DNA of 64,000 nucleotides, taken from positions 81,344,001-81,408,000 of the forward strand of contig OX597816.1 in the NCBI GenBank assembly GCA_951406725.2, written 5' to 3'. This document shows, one piece after another, positions 41,242 to 60,619 of the stretch. Source of the DNA: Octopus vulgaris. Taxonomy: Eukaryota. Every line of letters starts with the position of its first letter. Position 1 is the first letter of the stretch. The translations under genes and the position numbers were made by a program. The notes beneath the pieces were generated by a model. It was given only the letters and a program-made list of their open reading frames with translations. It searched no databases and was not told the origin of the DNA.

Positions 41242-42888
41242 GATTATATGTTTCCTGTATGGTGGGTTGGTTTTCCTAAGAGCCCCTGAATAATGCCGCG
41301 AGATTTGAAACTGTCAAACCGCTATAGGGTCTTGATTCGAAGTAAATGTATATATATTCTAAATTCTAAAATACATTGCACCCTTTCTTGTGTAATTGGT
41401 CTTCTCAGAATTGAGGGTATTATATAAATATGTATGTGTGTGTATAAATATTCACACACACACACACACACACACATGAACACATGCACACACATACATG
41501 CACACACACAAACACACATGTATATATAAGTGTATGAAGGCGTGTGTGTCTGCGCGTGTGTATAGGAACGATATTGATTACATCTAAAGCCGTTTTGTCC
41601 TGACTCACCTTTGGTAAGCGTAACTTTAACCACGAGGAATTGATATCATCAGACGATATCCAACGATATCGTACCGTAATACCTTCTCTTTGGTGGCTCA
41701 TCATCCCTTCTTGGCTTCCAGCTTAACTCTTCTCACTCTTGCTTTACAATATACTCACGGCGGCTATAGTCTACAACACGATATTTGCCGAACTCATTAA
41801 GACACATTACAGTGATATAAATATACAACTTCGTCAAATCTAGATGCTCCAAATGTTGATCAATTAATTTTATTGGGGTTATCTCCTATGCTTGTTGCTT
41901 TTAGATTTTAAGTACTTCTTAATAGAGTTTTCATCTACTAGGTACAGGGATAATTTCATTTAATCGGAAGTTTTCAGTTCGATAAACATTTTCCGTGAAA
42001 ATCTTCCATATTTGTATTTAATGGAAATATTTTTGTACCTTACTTATTTATCCCTTATTTAATAGAAATATGTACAAATGAAAATATGGGCAAGTGGTAG
42101 TGATTTGAAGCATATTAAAGAACGACTGACAATTCGTATAGGTACAGCATGTCTGGCCAATCAAGGATGAAATTCGTGGTTACTTTCATAGTCCTAGAGC
42201 CTCATAAGCAATAGTGTTTATCAATCTTTTAAAACACCAAAAGAGAATATATGGATAAAGAACCTTTTCACGAATTACATGAAATGAGTAAATACTTAAA
42301 CAGTAGAGACCACCTCCACGCATCTAAGTTAGTTTCAGATTGTTGAAATATATTTTCGTGTTATTTGTCACCGAATATCACTCCGAACAGAGGAATTATG
42401 TAGAATTTGACCGTACGAGCACAGGCCGTACGAGCATAGAAAATCATTACATAGAAAGTCCACTACATAGTAATAATGATATTGGTGATAGGCTTTCAGT
42501 TCAAAATGACATTGAATTGACCTAAACTTGTTTGGATCAGGTGGTTGCCGTCAGAGTGATTAACCTCGAAAATCGAGATGAGAGTAATTTGCTCCGACGC
42601 AGATGTTGATGGGAACGGAATAACTACAAACGCCTCTTGGTGTAAAGCTCAATTATGTATGAATAGAATTCTTTATTATTTTTGCAGAATCCACATTTCT
42701 CAACGCAAGCACATATTCTTAAAAATAAAATGATCACAAAACAAATGATCACCGCTAAACAAGGCACATTACAAAATCTTTAAAGAGAAAAGCATTCAGG
42801 AAAGTGCAAAGATTTGGAGGAGGGAGTTATTGATGGTTTTATTCTAATTTATATTTTTGTTCTAACTGCTATTTATGCATGTAACAGC

Positions 42889-43348
42889 GGATCTTTTCGG
42901 TTTGAACGGCAGTATTTTTAAAATAATTTCCACGTAACTAAACACTTTTAAACTTCGTATACAGGTAGAATGTGTTTATAAAACATCTTTTTCTCTTAGT
43001 TTTATTAAGAAAATTCTATAGTTTGTAAGATTTTTTTTTTCTCTTCAATTTCTGCAATTTCAACCAATCAATGACGTCTATTGAGGTGAAAACATTCTGT
43101 GCCGTATGAATATGTCTCTCGTTTAAGAAACAGATTGGGTTTATTTACATTTCTGAAGAAAAAAGATACCCTTCCCCCACCCCTAACCCTAACGCTAACC
43201 CTAACCCTAACCCTAATTAACCCTAACCCTAATTAACCCTAACCCTAAAACAGATTGAAATGCAATAGATCGATACTAGGGTCATAATTATGGATGACAA
43301 TTTCATATGACACCGCTAGAAAAACTGCCGTTCAAGCCGAAAAGATCC
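42889..43348. mobile_element. 460-bp MITE with GG..CC termini and perfect 8-bp TSD (Merlin-like)
   Basis: TIR GGATCTTTTCGGTTTGAACGGCAGT / ACTGCCGTTCAAGCCGAAAAGATCC; TSD GTAACAGC at 42881-88 and 43349-56. Confidence 0.85.
43181..43248. repeat. Interstitial telomere-type (CCCTAA)n repeat inside the MITE
   Basis: About 10 CCCTAA units with variants (CGCTAA, TTAA inserts). Confidence 0.9.
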
Positions 43349-44232
43349 GTAACAGCTAATAAACTGCTATTTATCAAACTGTATTTCTATTTCTTAGTTA
43401 TTTTACCGACTTTGTTTATGTAATAAATGCATTTAAAATACTTCTTAGACTGCAGAAAGTTTACGATAATAGCACACAAATCCCCCAGGTCTTCATTATT
43501 TGGGAAGTTTACGGTAATGAGACGAGTAAAATTCAGTACATTCGGTACAATATCGATTTAATCACCGGAACACTCATTTTCAGAACGATAAACAATTAAT
43601 TTATAAATATGTCAGCTATGCTAAGCGAGTACTGTTTGCGATCCGGTTTCGATTCTACACAACGAATGTAACCACGTGAAAAACAGAATCCCTATAATAG
43701 AATTAAAGTGATATTTTTCTAAACTGTTTTTACTTTGCCGCCCTCCTTGCTTCCTCATTTCATTACCGTAAAGTAATTCACGTATAAATTTATTTTCTAG
43801 AAGGGAAATTAATATAATTGTATGTCTCAGGAAATTCAATCTTTTCTGCATTATCCTCAGCATCCTTATTATAACGACATACTCATCTTCATCTTCTTCT
43901 GCTGCTGTTGATTACGTTATTAAATTATCTCTGATGATCTCTATTTAAAAATTAATCTGCACGAAAGTAGGTCAGAGTTATTTTCCTCAAAGCCTTTTCC
44001 TTTACCGTATTTTACTTGTTTGTATTACACATTTGAATGGCAAAACGATCCAAAGAGGCTGACAGAATTATTGGATATTTTAATTTTAGGAAACAAGGGA
44101 ATACGGAGTGATATATTTTAATATTACATAACAAGTAAATAGTAACGCTTTAGATATAAGAAAAATAAAGAGTATTTTTAATATTACCAAGTTAAATAAG
44201 TTTTTTTTTCTTTTAATATTAGATAATGGTAA

Positions 44233-44442
44233 GGCATCAAGCTGTTAGAATCGTTAGCGTGCTGGGCAAAAATGCTTAGTAGCATTTCGTCCGGCTTTAC
44301 GTTCTGATTCGACCGAGGTCGACTTTACCTTTCATCCTTTTGGGGTCGATAAAATAAGTACCATTTGATTGCTGGGATCGATGTCATCGATATGCTCTCT
44401 CTCCCCTGAAATATCTGGCCTTGTGCCTATATTTGAAACCAT
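44233..44442 (+). mobile_element. SINE family 2 copy
   Basis: AGAATCGTTAGCGTGCTGGGC..GTCGACTTTACCTTTCATCCTTTTGGGGTCGATAAAATAAGTACC..TTTGAAACC. Confidence 0.85.
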
Positions 44443-45084
44443 TATTACATAATAGGTAAATGATAACGTTTTACACATAAGAAAAATAAAAAGTATTCTT
44501 TTAATGCTACAAAGTTAAATAAGTAAGGATTTTCTTTTTTCAGTACTAAATAATGGTAAAATAAGAAGCACTACGAAGCAGTAGTCGAAAATAGAGTACT
44601 GCTAAGATGCTACAGAATAATATAGTTAAGTGACTTGGCAAGAAGAGTAACGCATCTCTAATAGAGTATTTAACGACGTATTAAGCACGGTAACATTAGT
44701 CACACGAGAGTATATTATATGAGTGGGGGTAAACATTATTTAACACTGCTTGAGTGAGTCAAAGACGTGGCAACAATTTAAAATCTAAATAACAAATTAT
44801 CTTTAAAGAGTTGACACAACGAAGATGATCCAGTCAATTAAAATTGAAAATAGCTAATACAGTGAAAGGAAGGATATTCTAATCTTTAGCTGACGCTGTA
44901 ACAGCTCCTGAAACATTTTGAACATATTAGGCCTCATTAGTTTTGTCCACTTCATTATAATTTGAAATGGATGTCTCTGAAATCGATTCAGTCGACTTTA
45001 TATCGCCTCTTAAATGTGTGAATGTGTATCAGTGAGAAAATATCTAAAATATTTTATGAATTCTGTGCACATCCACACACACAC

Positions 45085-49424
<4,340 letters not shown>

Positions 49425-49624
49425 GTATATCTATCCATCAATTATATATATGTGTATAGTCGAAATTTATAGAAAAACAAAAGACGAAGACAGATGTATG
49501 AACAACAAGCATGTGTATTAGTTTGACGCTCGGGAAAAATGAAGTTTTCAACAGAAATGAATAAGAGAAAATAAACAGAGAGAGAAGGAAAACAAATTTG
49601 TAGATTTCTGCGGTCCAGCATGGC

Positions 49625-49815
49625 AGGGCGACAAACTGGCAAAATCGTTAGTACGCCGGGCAAAATGCTTAGAGACTTTTCGTCCGACTTTCGGTTTTGA
49701 GTTCATACTCCGCCAAAGTTGACTGTGTCTTTCATCCCTTTCCGTTGAACTCTGGGGGTGATGTAATTTATTTATCTCCTCCCGAAACTGCTGGCTTTGC
49801 GCCAAAATTTGAAAC
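49625..49815 (+). mobile_element. SINE family 2 copy
   Basis: GGCGACAAACTGGCAAAATCGTTAGTACGCCGGGCAAAATGCTTAG..TTTCATCCC..CCAAAATTTGAAAC. Confidence 0.8.
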
Positions 49816-51607
49816 TAGTGTGTGTGTGTATTTGTGTGTAACCTTATATATAACGTTAGATTGTAGATTACAAAATTTTAATTGAAATAAGTTTAGTATA
49901 TTATTAAAGGTATCTTCAAAAGAATTTGCAAACTACTTATACAATGTATGCTCGGACCCTCTCCAAGATGTCATCCTTACATTCTATGGCCAATGAGCTG
50001 CTTCTACTTGAACCTAGTACCCAATTCGGCGCTTAGAGTTACATATTGAAAGAAGTCCAGATATTTGAGAACAAGATGAGAGTTCCTCAAGAAATGATGG
50101 TACTCGTACCATATATGCAAGCCTTGGCTTCTCAGAAGTGTTATGAGTTTGTTGTGGTAGACATGGAAAGAAAGCGTTATGGTTCAGAACTGGTATTTGT
50201 CGAAAGGACTGCGAATAAATGAAAAGGGAACGTGAATGATCAGTTGACTACTTTAGTCGCATATATCTCTTTCGTGTAGAAAGCAGAGATCGAGTCCAAA
50301 TTGGAGTACAACCAGCTGCCACCGAACTGAATTTTATTTGACGAGGTAGGCTCCATGCATATATCGGTTTAGGAAGCTGGACTCTGGTTTTTATAAACTT
50401 ACTTGAACATTTGAAGATGGTCTGGAATTTCATTCAGCATGCTAAAATGAAGAGAAAAAATCTACATTGTAAAATTTGATGGACAAATGCGTATAAATGT
50501 GTTCTCAACGTGTTGTTATGCAAAGCTTTGGATTTTTCTCTAAAATGTGCAAAAAAGCTTCCCTTATAGTTTCTAGAATGGGTATTTATGTGTTCTATCT
50601 CCAAAAAGTTTACTGCCAGCTAGTATACACTTGAGATAGGCAACAAGATGGATGCAATAATGTATTGTTCTTTTTCCTGATGGCTACGGAACTGTTACTA
50701 TAAGGTATGAGAAATTGCCACAAGAGATAAAAATCGGAGGAAATAGTTTATAGTTATTGCTGCAAACTTTTGTGACTGATGTTGCCACCATATTAAAACA
50801 AGAATGATAGCGGAAATTTACCTGGAGCGTTCCAACTATATTACAGCAATACGAAAGAATGCTAAAAGAATAGTATTTTATCAATTAAGGAATTTCGCTT
50901 TGAAATTAAAAAAGAGCATATGCGGACCATCATTAGGAATATTGGTAGCATTCACATGCAATTCGAAGAGGAGCTGTGAGATCGAGTCCAAATTAAGAGA
51001 ACCAGCTGCCACCGAACTGCAATTTGACGAGGTAGTCCATGATTTGATTTTTCTAGTATGGCCTTTTCACGAGACTCTTATGACCACTTCAAATGCATGA
51101 AATCCTATTGATGAGAGGGGCTTAGTATCTCGCAAACATTGAACTAAATAAGGCAATTGAAAAAGTTATGTTATTAATATCGCTGGCAGAGAAGTTTTAA
51201 TATCGCTGGCAGATTTACAAATTGCATCATGTGTTAGCGGATAAAATCCTGCTGCTACACGATGATGCTGGATTCTGTGATTTTTCTTGTTTCTGTGATC
51301 CAGTAAAGACGTTACCAGTAAAGAAAATGTAATGTAGAGCACATTGTCGATATCATGAAAGAGAACTTTAAAATGCTGGGGATTCATGCAGAATTGTAAG
51401 GAGGGAAAATACAATCATGTACTTCATAGGACATATGTGAATTGTCTAAACAAAGTGTTTTTTGTTTATATTAACAGTACTCTCGAAAGTATTCAAGAAT
51501 TAATTAGAGCTACGATAAAAGTCTATTGAACGAAATATGACGAAAAGGATGAACCTAGAATATACCGATACAATAAATATGCGCATGTATTACGTGCGTG
51601 CGCGCGC

Positions 51608-51822
51608 ACACATACATACGTACATAAATACATACATACCTACATACATACATACATACATACATACATAAATACATACATACATACATACATACATACA
51701 TACATACATACATACATACATACATACATACATAAATGCATGCATACATACATACATACATACATACATACATACATACATACATACATACATACATACA
51801 TACATACATACATACATACATA
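51608..51822. repeat. (CATA)n microsatellite
   Basis: Read directly from the sequence. Confidence 0.95.
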
Positions 51823-52955
51823 CACACTTACATATGAAACATTACTGCTAACCGAATGATTCAAACAATCAAATCACTGGCTGCGATTCACTGTATATAA
51901 TTAAGACAAAGATTTCAATATGTGTTTATATTTGAGCAGTAACAGAAATTACATATTTTTTACGTTAGACTATACATAAAAGGATGTGATGATTGATAAA
52001 TTGTACATCAAATATATAACTGCGCATATCGAACATCAGATTTTGATTAATAAATCACTGTAATAATCATGATGATAATCACTTGTCAAATAGATACTAA
52101 ACTGTTGAAAGAAATTTCAATATTGAGAGTTCGACATTGCCTCAACAAATTTATGTATCTAAACTACATATTGATGTAACGATATATTTTACATTACATC
52201 AGGAAAAGATGGAGCCATTTTGATCCTTCTACGATTATATCGTTATGACATGAAAATAACGACAATTTTTTTCAATATTTGCTAGAAAAATATGTATGCG
52301 TATATGTGTATGCGTATTTATATACTTTTAGAGAGAGGAGAAGAAAGAGAAAGAATGAAAGAAAAAGCGACTCGGGGCAAAATTTACGAAGTAAATAAGA
52401 GAAAAATCGAAATGAAAAGGCAAATCCATCAGTTCAATATAATCCACATAAAGTTAGACATATATACATATCTACTGTTTCACAGACACATACATTCACA
52501 CGCACATACACACACACACATAGCTAGCAAAAGGGAGAAAGAGAGAGAGGGGGTGTAAAATGTACAATTATGAATCCGTCGTTTTTAGCCCACTAAGAAC
52601 TACCATTCTTATATTTAAACAGTAATAGTAAATTTGCTGGAGCGTGCAAACGATGGATTGGGATATATATATATCCCAATCATCTTAGTCGGACATGTCA
52701 ACAGAGGTAACCATTGATGCTAACGGTGGATTCATTGAATAGCTAGGATAAAAGGATTCTCAAGATGATCTGTACCAATTTGCTTTCAAATACAGCTTTT
52801 CTTTGATGAGCTATGCGTTTTTTCTCTAAATTCATACAAATGTTCTCAAAAAACTGGCGCATCTTGTATTTAGACAGGCAGACAGACGGACGGACGGACA
52901 GGCAGGCAAACAGGCAGGCAGGCAGACAGACATACAGACAGACAGACAGATAGAC

Positions 52956-53046
<91 letters not shown>

Positions 53047-53273
53047 CATCTCTGTGTGCATGTATATTACCTCGACAGTATCTGTCACTGTGGTGGTGAA
53101 ATCACGCTGAAACACCGGCTCCGGTAGTCTGCTGACCTCGTTTAAAACTTTGTATGTTTATGTACTCAATATCCTATAGGGAGTAATTTGTCCTCCGACA
53201 CAGAATCCACAGTAAATGCCATTCAAGTTCTCGTGTGCAGGCACCTCTTGAAAATAAGTACACATCATATACA

Positions 53274-54140
<867 letters not shown>

Positions 54141-55050
54141 AGTCAAATATACAACATAATTTCTTTTAGACCACGTCAGTGGCAGGACACCTTACATAAA
54201 GTTGTACTGATAGACTAAGAACCAGATGAATGTAACTGGGTGCAAATGCAATTTGCGAGATGTCTATGCAGCAGAAACGTGCGTCGGACAAATATGGTGT
54301 CTAAATGACTGCAGAACTATACAAATGTATTAATCTCTGTATTCATTGTAATTGTCTTGGATACACACTCAGTAAAGTATTTATAATCCAGGGAAGGGAA
54401 CCCAGAATTTACTCATTGGATAAAATCCAATGGGATTGCCAACCTCAGGTAACTCTTGGTGCTCCTTACCACTCGGTGTGGTTACCTACAACTTGCTCCA
54501 ACGGTACTCGCCCGCATACTTTACTACCTTTGTGTGTGTGTGGGTGTATATGCATGTATGCATGTATGTATATACGTATGTATGTATGTATATATGTATG
54601 TATGTATGTATGAATGTATGTATGTATGCATGTTTGTATGTATGTATGCATATGTGTATGTATTTATGTTAGTAAGAATATACGTATGTATGCACAGAGT
54701 GTGTAGGAGTTTTTGTGAATTTGCATATATTTCTATTTATAATTACATACAGTCGTACGCAGATGCGCATAACCCAAACTTTGTTTTCATTCTAAAATAC
54801 TAATCATTGATTATTCTTACATGACTAACATCCAATCGATAGATTTTTTTTTCAGATATGATTGCGTATCAATGAAATATTTCACGCAAATATACCTTTA
54901 TTTGATATATACCTGTGGGTGGGTGTGTGTGTGTGTGTGTGTGTGTATACATACATACATGTATGTATGTATGTAAGTATGGAGATTCAGATATGTATCC
55001 ATCACAACATATTAGTACATATATTTCGAATGAATTGTAGATAGATAGAT

Positions 55051-55110
<60 letters not shown>

Positions 55111-57947
55111 GCATATTGATAAATAGATATCAAGGAATAATAAAATATAAAACAATACCAAAAGTTCAAATATAAACAAAGCGAGTAAATAGTTTTTTGT
55201 TTTTTTAATTAAAAATTATCATCTTGACTTCATTTGTGGGGGAGGGTGTATGCTTGCACGTGTGTGTATAAACACACACACACCCACGTATATACATACG
55301 TACTTACATACATACATGTGTGCATACATGCATACATACATACATACATACATACATACATACATACATACATACATACATACATACATACATACATACA
55401 TACATACATACATACATACACACGCACGAATTATATACATACAAACTAAGGTTTGGTAAGCTTTGTTCTGTGTTGTGGAATCATATTTTGTCTTTTCAGG
55501 TATTTTCTTTGTGCTCTTATATCTAATTTACAAACCGTTTACAAACGATTGTTGAAATTTCACACTTGCATGAGTCTTAGTCAATAAACCAATGGTTAAT
55601 GTGACTGTTTTAATCGCATAGCATGAAGAGCTTTAGTATAAACGCGGCACTGCGAATCGTTAAAATGTGTTTGTGAAATGTTAGGCGCATTGTATATTCT
55701 ATATCGAGTATTGTCTAAAATGTGTCTATTCCGAATTTCTAAACTTCATTAGTTGATTCTCTAAACAAAAGAATTTATTAATGAATACAAACTACGACCG
55801 GTAAATTCTTCTTCCGAATAATCAGTTTCGATCTCCCATGTTATAAACGTTTATTTTATGGCAACAATTGGTGAACTAAATGTACTCGATTGCTATTAGT
55901 ACACTTGTTATTTGCTCTTTGGCAGTCTTTTAGTGAATAGTGAGAGCTGTTATGCATTTTCTGTCTTTCTTTTACAATTCTTTTATGCCAGATAAAGATG
56001 CAGCATTGGTATTATTGATTTCACCTGTGGCGCTTATCGTGTACCAGGAGTTAAACTTGTTGCTAGTTCACTTCGCAACTCATATTCATTCCAGGAATGA
56101 AAGTATTTTATTTCGCTTATATTGAAAAGGCCACAAATCAATGCACAAACACAGCCCTTTCCATTTTATCAGATCCTAAATTATATGGGTATCTGTACCT
56201 TGAAATAAACAAATAACTAAATAGGCAAAAACAAAGTTAGACATACTTCTGATGAGTGTTGTACAGTATGATTTTATGTTCCCAAAACCATCAGACAACC
56301 TTTTGTTATAGGCTTCAAGCCAATTTCCCTCATTTACACTGCAATTGGCCGTCCCTACAGGCATCAATGTGAAGCTTTCTGCTGAATCAAAATCGATCAA
56401 CATCTTGAAATACGAGCTATGATTCTGATCAACCGAGATTACGTCGTGGTTTCACTCAGAGGTTGAAACCACTTCACTGTCCACATACTGCTATTGCTTT
56501 CCTAAAAGGCATGAATGCCACAGCACTGCCTTGACGAATTCTATAAAAGCCGAGCCTTATTTTGGTGAAGCCGATATAGGTTTCATTTAGGTTTTCATTT
56601 AGCCACAACTTCCTCACTGTAATCTTAGCAACCCAGTTCCTCTTGTACGCATACTGTTTTTGATATAGTTTGTATAATTAGTACCCACTTTAATAATTAT
56701 AGTCAACCAAAATAAATTCATTTCCCAAAAAGTTAGAAGTAATCGTTAGCTTTATAATTAATTGTGGCAAAAGATTTGGAGAATAATCACAGAATTTGAA
56801 TTAATTCTTTTTCAGTTATCACACCACATAGTGTTCATCCATTAAAATCATATTGCGCCTTTGTCATCGAAAAGTTGATAATAAAGGTTGGACTACGTTT
56901 CACCGGTTTAAATTTTTTTTCTTGCCCATCCTCTTGGTACAATGCGGCATGCACGACTCTGACGACTTCCTGTGCCGTTGTTGTTTGTCGTGTTTGTTTT
57001 AGATTTCTCCTTCTTTTGAAAAACACGTTGTTCGTCGGGCATATGTGCGTTCAGAACAAAAAACTGAGTATTTATCAATTTTACAATTTCCTCTACTAAT
57101 AATAGTAAGCAGCACCTACTCACGTTTCGGTAGTAGTCTTAGTCACTGAGAATTAATTATGTTGGTGACGAGCATATAACACATGTGTCACTAGCACAAT
57201 ACGAACTTCTGATACCTTGGATGGTTTTCAGGTATTGCTTTTATTTGGCTATTCACGCCTACATTCAAATTAGTTACGAGGCGACAACCATTTTTTTCTA
57301 AATATGGATTATAAAAGCCATTGAGTTTTCCCATTATTATGGCTTTCACAAATGGAAACTAAATATTTACTTCGATAATGAAAGAACATATTCGCCGATC
57401 GAAACATATTTCATTCGGACTGCAATCAATATATTGACTTGATCTTAGTCTGAGTTATTTCAACAAACGGCAACAGTCTCTTCACTATGATTAATTGTTT
57501 GGATTGTTGCAGTTCAAAGAGAGCCGTGGAAACGGTCGAGGTAGTAAAAGCGTCGAAATAAATGCCTTGCAGTATGTAGCTCCGGTTCCCAGTTCAAATC
57601 TGATCGAGAGAGGCTTTAATTTTAAAGATTAAATAAAAATAAACTGGAAAATCTATAATACATTAGGAGTTGATTCAACTAACTGTATTTACTTCGTCAT
57701 TAGTCCATAGCCTCTTGCCTAATTATCTTAGGTATTATTGGACTTCAAAGGAAGTATCGTTAATTTGGTCGAAATAGAAATGCATTAGATTGAGAACTTA
57801 GCAACATTTAGTTTCATCTTCACTCAACGAGTTTAAATTTATACCAGTGTCGACTTAATTTGTTTGATTCCTGCTGTCCAGACATAGAATACTGGTAATT
57901 TATTATGGGAACTGTGTGGATATCAGTCGTGCACAAGTGTATTATTT

Positions 57948-58153
57948 TATTCTTTTGCTTGTTTTAATCATTTGACTGCGGCCATGCTGGAGCAGCGCCT
58001 TTAGTCGAACAAATTGACCTCCAGGAATTATTCTTTGTAAGCCGAGAACTTATTCTATCGGTCTCTTTTGCCGAACCACTGAGTTACGGGGACACAAGCG
58101 ATGGCGTTTACGGTTGTCAAGCGATGGTGAAAGGACAAACACATACCCGTAAG

Positions 58154-58226
<73 letters not shown>

Positions 58227-58382
58227 GACGGGTTTCTTTCAGTTTTCCGTCTACCAAATCCACTCACAAGGCTTTGGCCGGCCCGAGCCTATAGTAGTTG
58301 ACACTTGCCCAAGGTGTCACGCAGTGGGACTGAACCAGGAACCATGGGGTTGGGAAGCAAGCTTCTTACCACACAGCCACGA
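57948..58382 (-). mobile_element. SINE family 3 copy with internal (TA)n
   Basis: Minus strand GTGGCTGTGTGGTAAGAAGCTTGCTTCCCAACC..GGTTCAGTCCCACTGCG..; 3' GCTCCAGCATGGCCGCAGTCAAATGA. Confidence 0.88.
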
Positions 58383-58736
58383 CTAAAAATATTTACATAT
58401 GTGTGTCTGTGTTTGCGTTTGTCCTCCACCACCGCTTGACAACCTGTGCTGGTTTTGTTTATGTCCCCGCAACCTAGCAGGTTTGCGTCGGTCAGAAATT
58501 GTCACTGGTATGAACTCAGAACATACATTGTCGTAACTAAATATCGCAAGAGATTTTTTCAGACACCGTAATAAAATATATTCATCGCTCTCATTTGATG
58601 TACGTATATTTATTTAAATTTACGTTTAAATAATATAAAATACTGATGCTTAAACGTAATGACACCTTTTAAAAAACCATATTCTATAGGTTTATTACTA
58701 ATTAGTTTTGTAAGTGCAACTCGGCCTAAAATATTG

Positions 58737-58863
58737 ATTTCAATTTTTGACACAAGGTCAAAGGATGAAATGTAAAGTCAACCGCGGTAGAATTTGAACT
58801 CAGGACGTGAAGTCGGGCGAAACGCCGCTAAGCACTTTGCTCGGTGTGCTAACGATTCTGCCC
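58737..58863 (-). mobile_element. Internally deleted SINE family 2 copy with ~15-bp TSD
   Basis: Minus strand GGCAGAATCGTTAGCACACCG..; flanks CGGCCTAAAATATTG / CGACCTAAAACATTG. Confidence 0.7.
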
Positions 58864-59180
58864 CGACCTAAAACATTGTTCAGTTTAACACGATCCACAG
58901 CACCTTTAGGTAGGGGCATCGGTATTTGTTTGGATACGCAACAATCCCTATATAAATATTCTCGCTGAACGACTTCCATTTAACATATTAATGCCTATGC
59001 TATTTAAAAATAGATCGGACCTGATCTGATTATGATAGTCATTAATATGATGACAATGATGATGATGATGCTTATAATTATGATGGTGGTTATTCTGATA
59101 ATTATAAAAGAGAATAATTATAAAAGAGAATATACATGAATAACGAAGAATGATAGTGACAGTCGTGGCTATAATAATGA

Positions 59181-59568
59181 CTCGCAGTATCGCCCGGCGT
59201 TGCTCGGGTTTGTTTCGACCCTTTAGAACTGGAATTTTTGAAAAGTAAAAATTTTGCATTATGTAGCTTGTTATTCTCTTTAAGTGAACATTTTTCTGGT
59301 TGAAATACACCGAAAAATGGCGACACAGCAGTCAAAAAATCGTAAAAATAGGGATTTTCATAGAAAAAAGCACCTTTTTGATGTAAATAATTTTTGGTGT
59401 TAACATGGTCCGATTTGAATTTTTTCTTCTACGGAATGAAGAGCAAGCGTTCTTCTATCATACTTTTAATTTTGGCCAACTTGGGTCGCAGGGTCTCGGA
59501 GGAGATAGCGTTAATTGAAAGCTACCAAACCTGTCACAAACAGACAACTTCAGCTTTATATATATAGA
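59181..59568 (-). mobile_element. 388-bp non-autonomous Helitron (element C)
   Basis: Minus strand 5' A|TCTATATATATAAAGCTGAAG; 3' hairpin CCCGAGCAACGCCGGG then CGATACTG-CGAG|T (a CTAG variant); no TSD. Confidence 0.8.
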
Positions 59569-59770
59569 TTACGATAGTGATGATGAAACCGGTAGTGTGT
59601 GGTGGTGTAAGGTGATGATTTCGAACAAAGATTATGGTGGCAATGATGATGCGGATAATGATGATTATGATACTGTTGCATAACTTACATAAAAATTACA
59701 CACAAGCAAGAATATATGTGTATATGTATGACTATATACATATATACGTAAACACAAACCCACACACACA

Positions 59771-59918
<148 letters not shown>

Positions 59919-60619
59919 CATTCATGCGCGTGCGTACGCGTGTGAGGAGGTGTGTTGTATGTATACACACTACTCACTCATTATGTCAAAAAGCTAGCCA
60001 GACATCTGTTGTAGCAAATATATTATTCTACGAGGACCCATTCATCAGAGAAGTGCATAAAAAACAGCAACAAGATGTTGAAATACATTAAAACTATGGA
60101 GAAAATTATGCAAGCAAAATCGTCTGAGCGTCAAGTCTGTTTATGTATTATGAGTGTGAGCGCACACATGTAAACACATCTATACATACTTCACACACAT
60201 ACACACACACACACACACACATATATGTATGCATTTTGTGTGTATGTATGTTGGTGCTCACAACACGTACATACAAACATATAAGCACACACGCAAACAC
60301 ACACACACATACGCACACACATATTCACACACACACTCGCGTATGAATACTTTTAATATTTTAATGGTTTCAGTTATTGGACTGCCACCGGGATGAGACA
60401 TCTCACTCAAGGGTTTTTCGATCATTCGGTGATCTCAAACCCAGTGTGATTTTTCCTATATCCGGGGCGGGGTGTGTGTGTTTGTGTGTTTGTGTGTGTG
60501 TGTCTGTCTGCCTGTCTGTCTGTCTGTCTATGTGTGTGTGTATGCGTGTGTAAATATATAAATGTAAACAAGAGAAAGCGAGTGAATTATGCTGAAACTA
60601 GAGTGATATAATTTATTAA

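Noticed and set aside
42340-42525. Short + strand ORF (RNYVEFDRT..ENHYIESPL..) that could be a terminal exon
   Set aside because: No recognisable domain and no upstream exons identified; RNA-seq would be needed.
43181-43248. Telomere or chromosome-fusion site
   Set aside because: The tract is short, single-orientation and enclosed by the TIRs and TSD of a MITE.
53085-53140. GAAAC-ACCGG/CCGGT-AGTC hammerhead half (similar weak case at ~23676-23705)
   Set aside because: The CUGANGA box cannot be identified with confidence.
55500-57480. Segment that may be a decayed DNA transposon
   Set aside because: No motif or TIR/TSD pair I can identify reliably; left unannotated.
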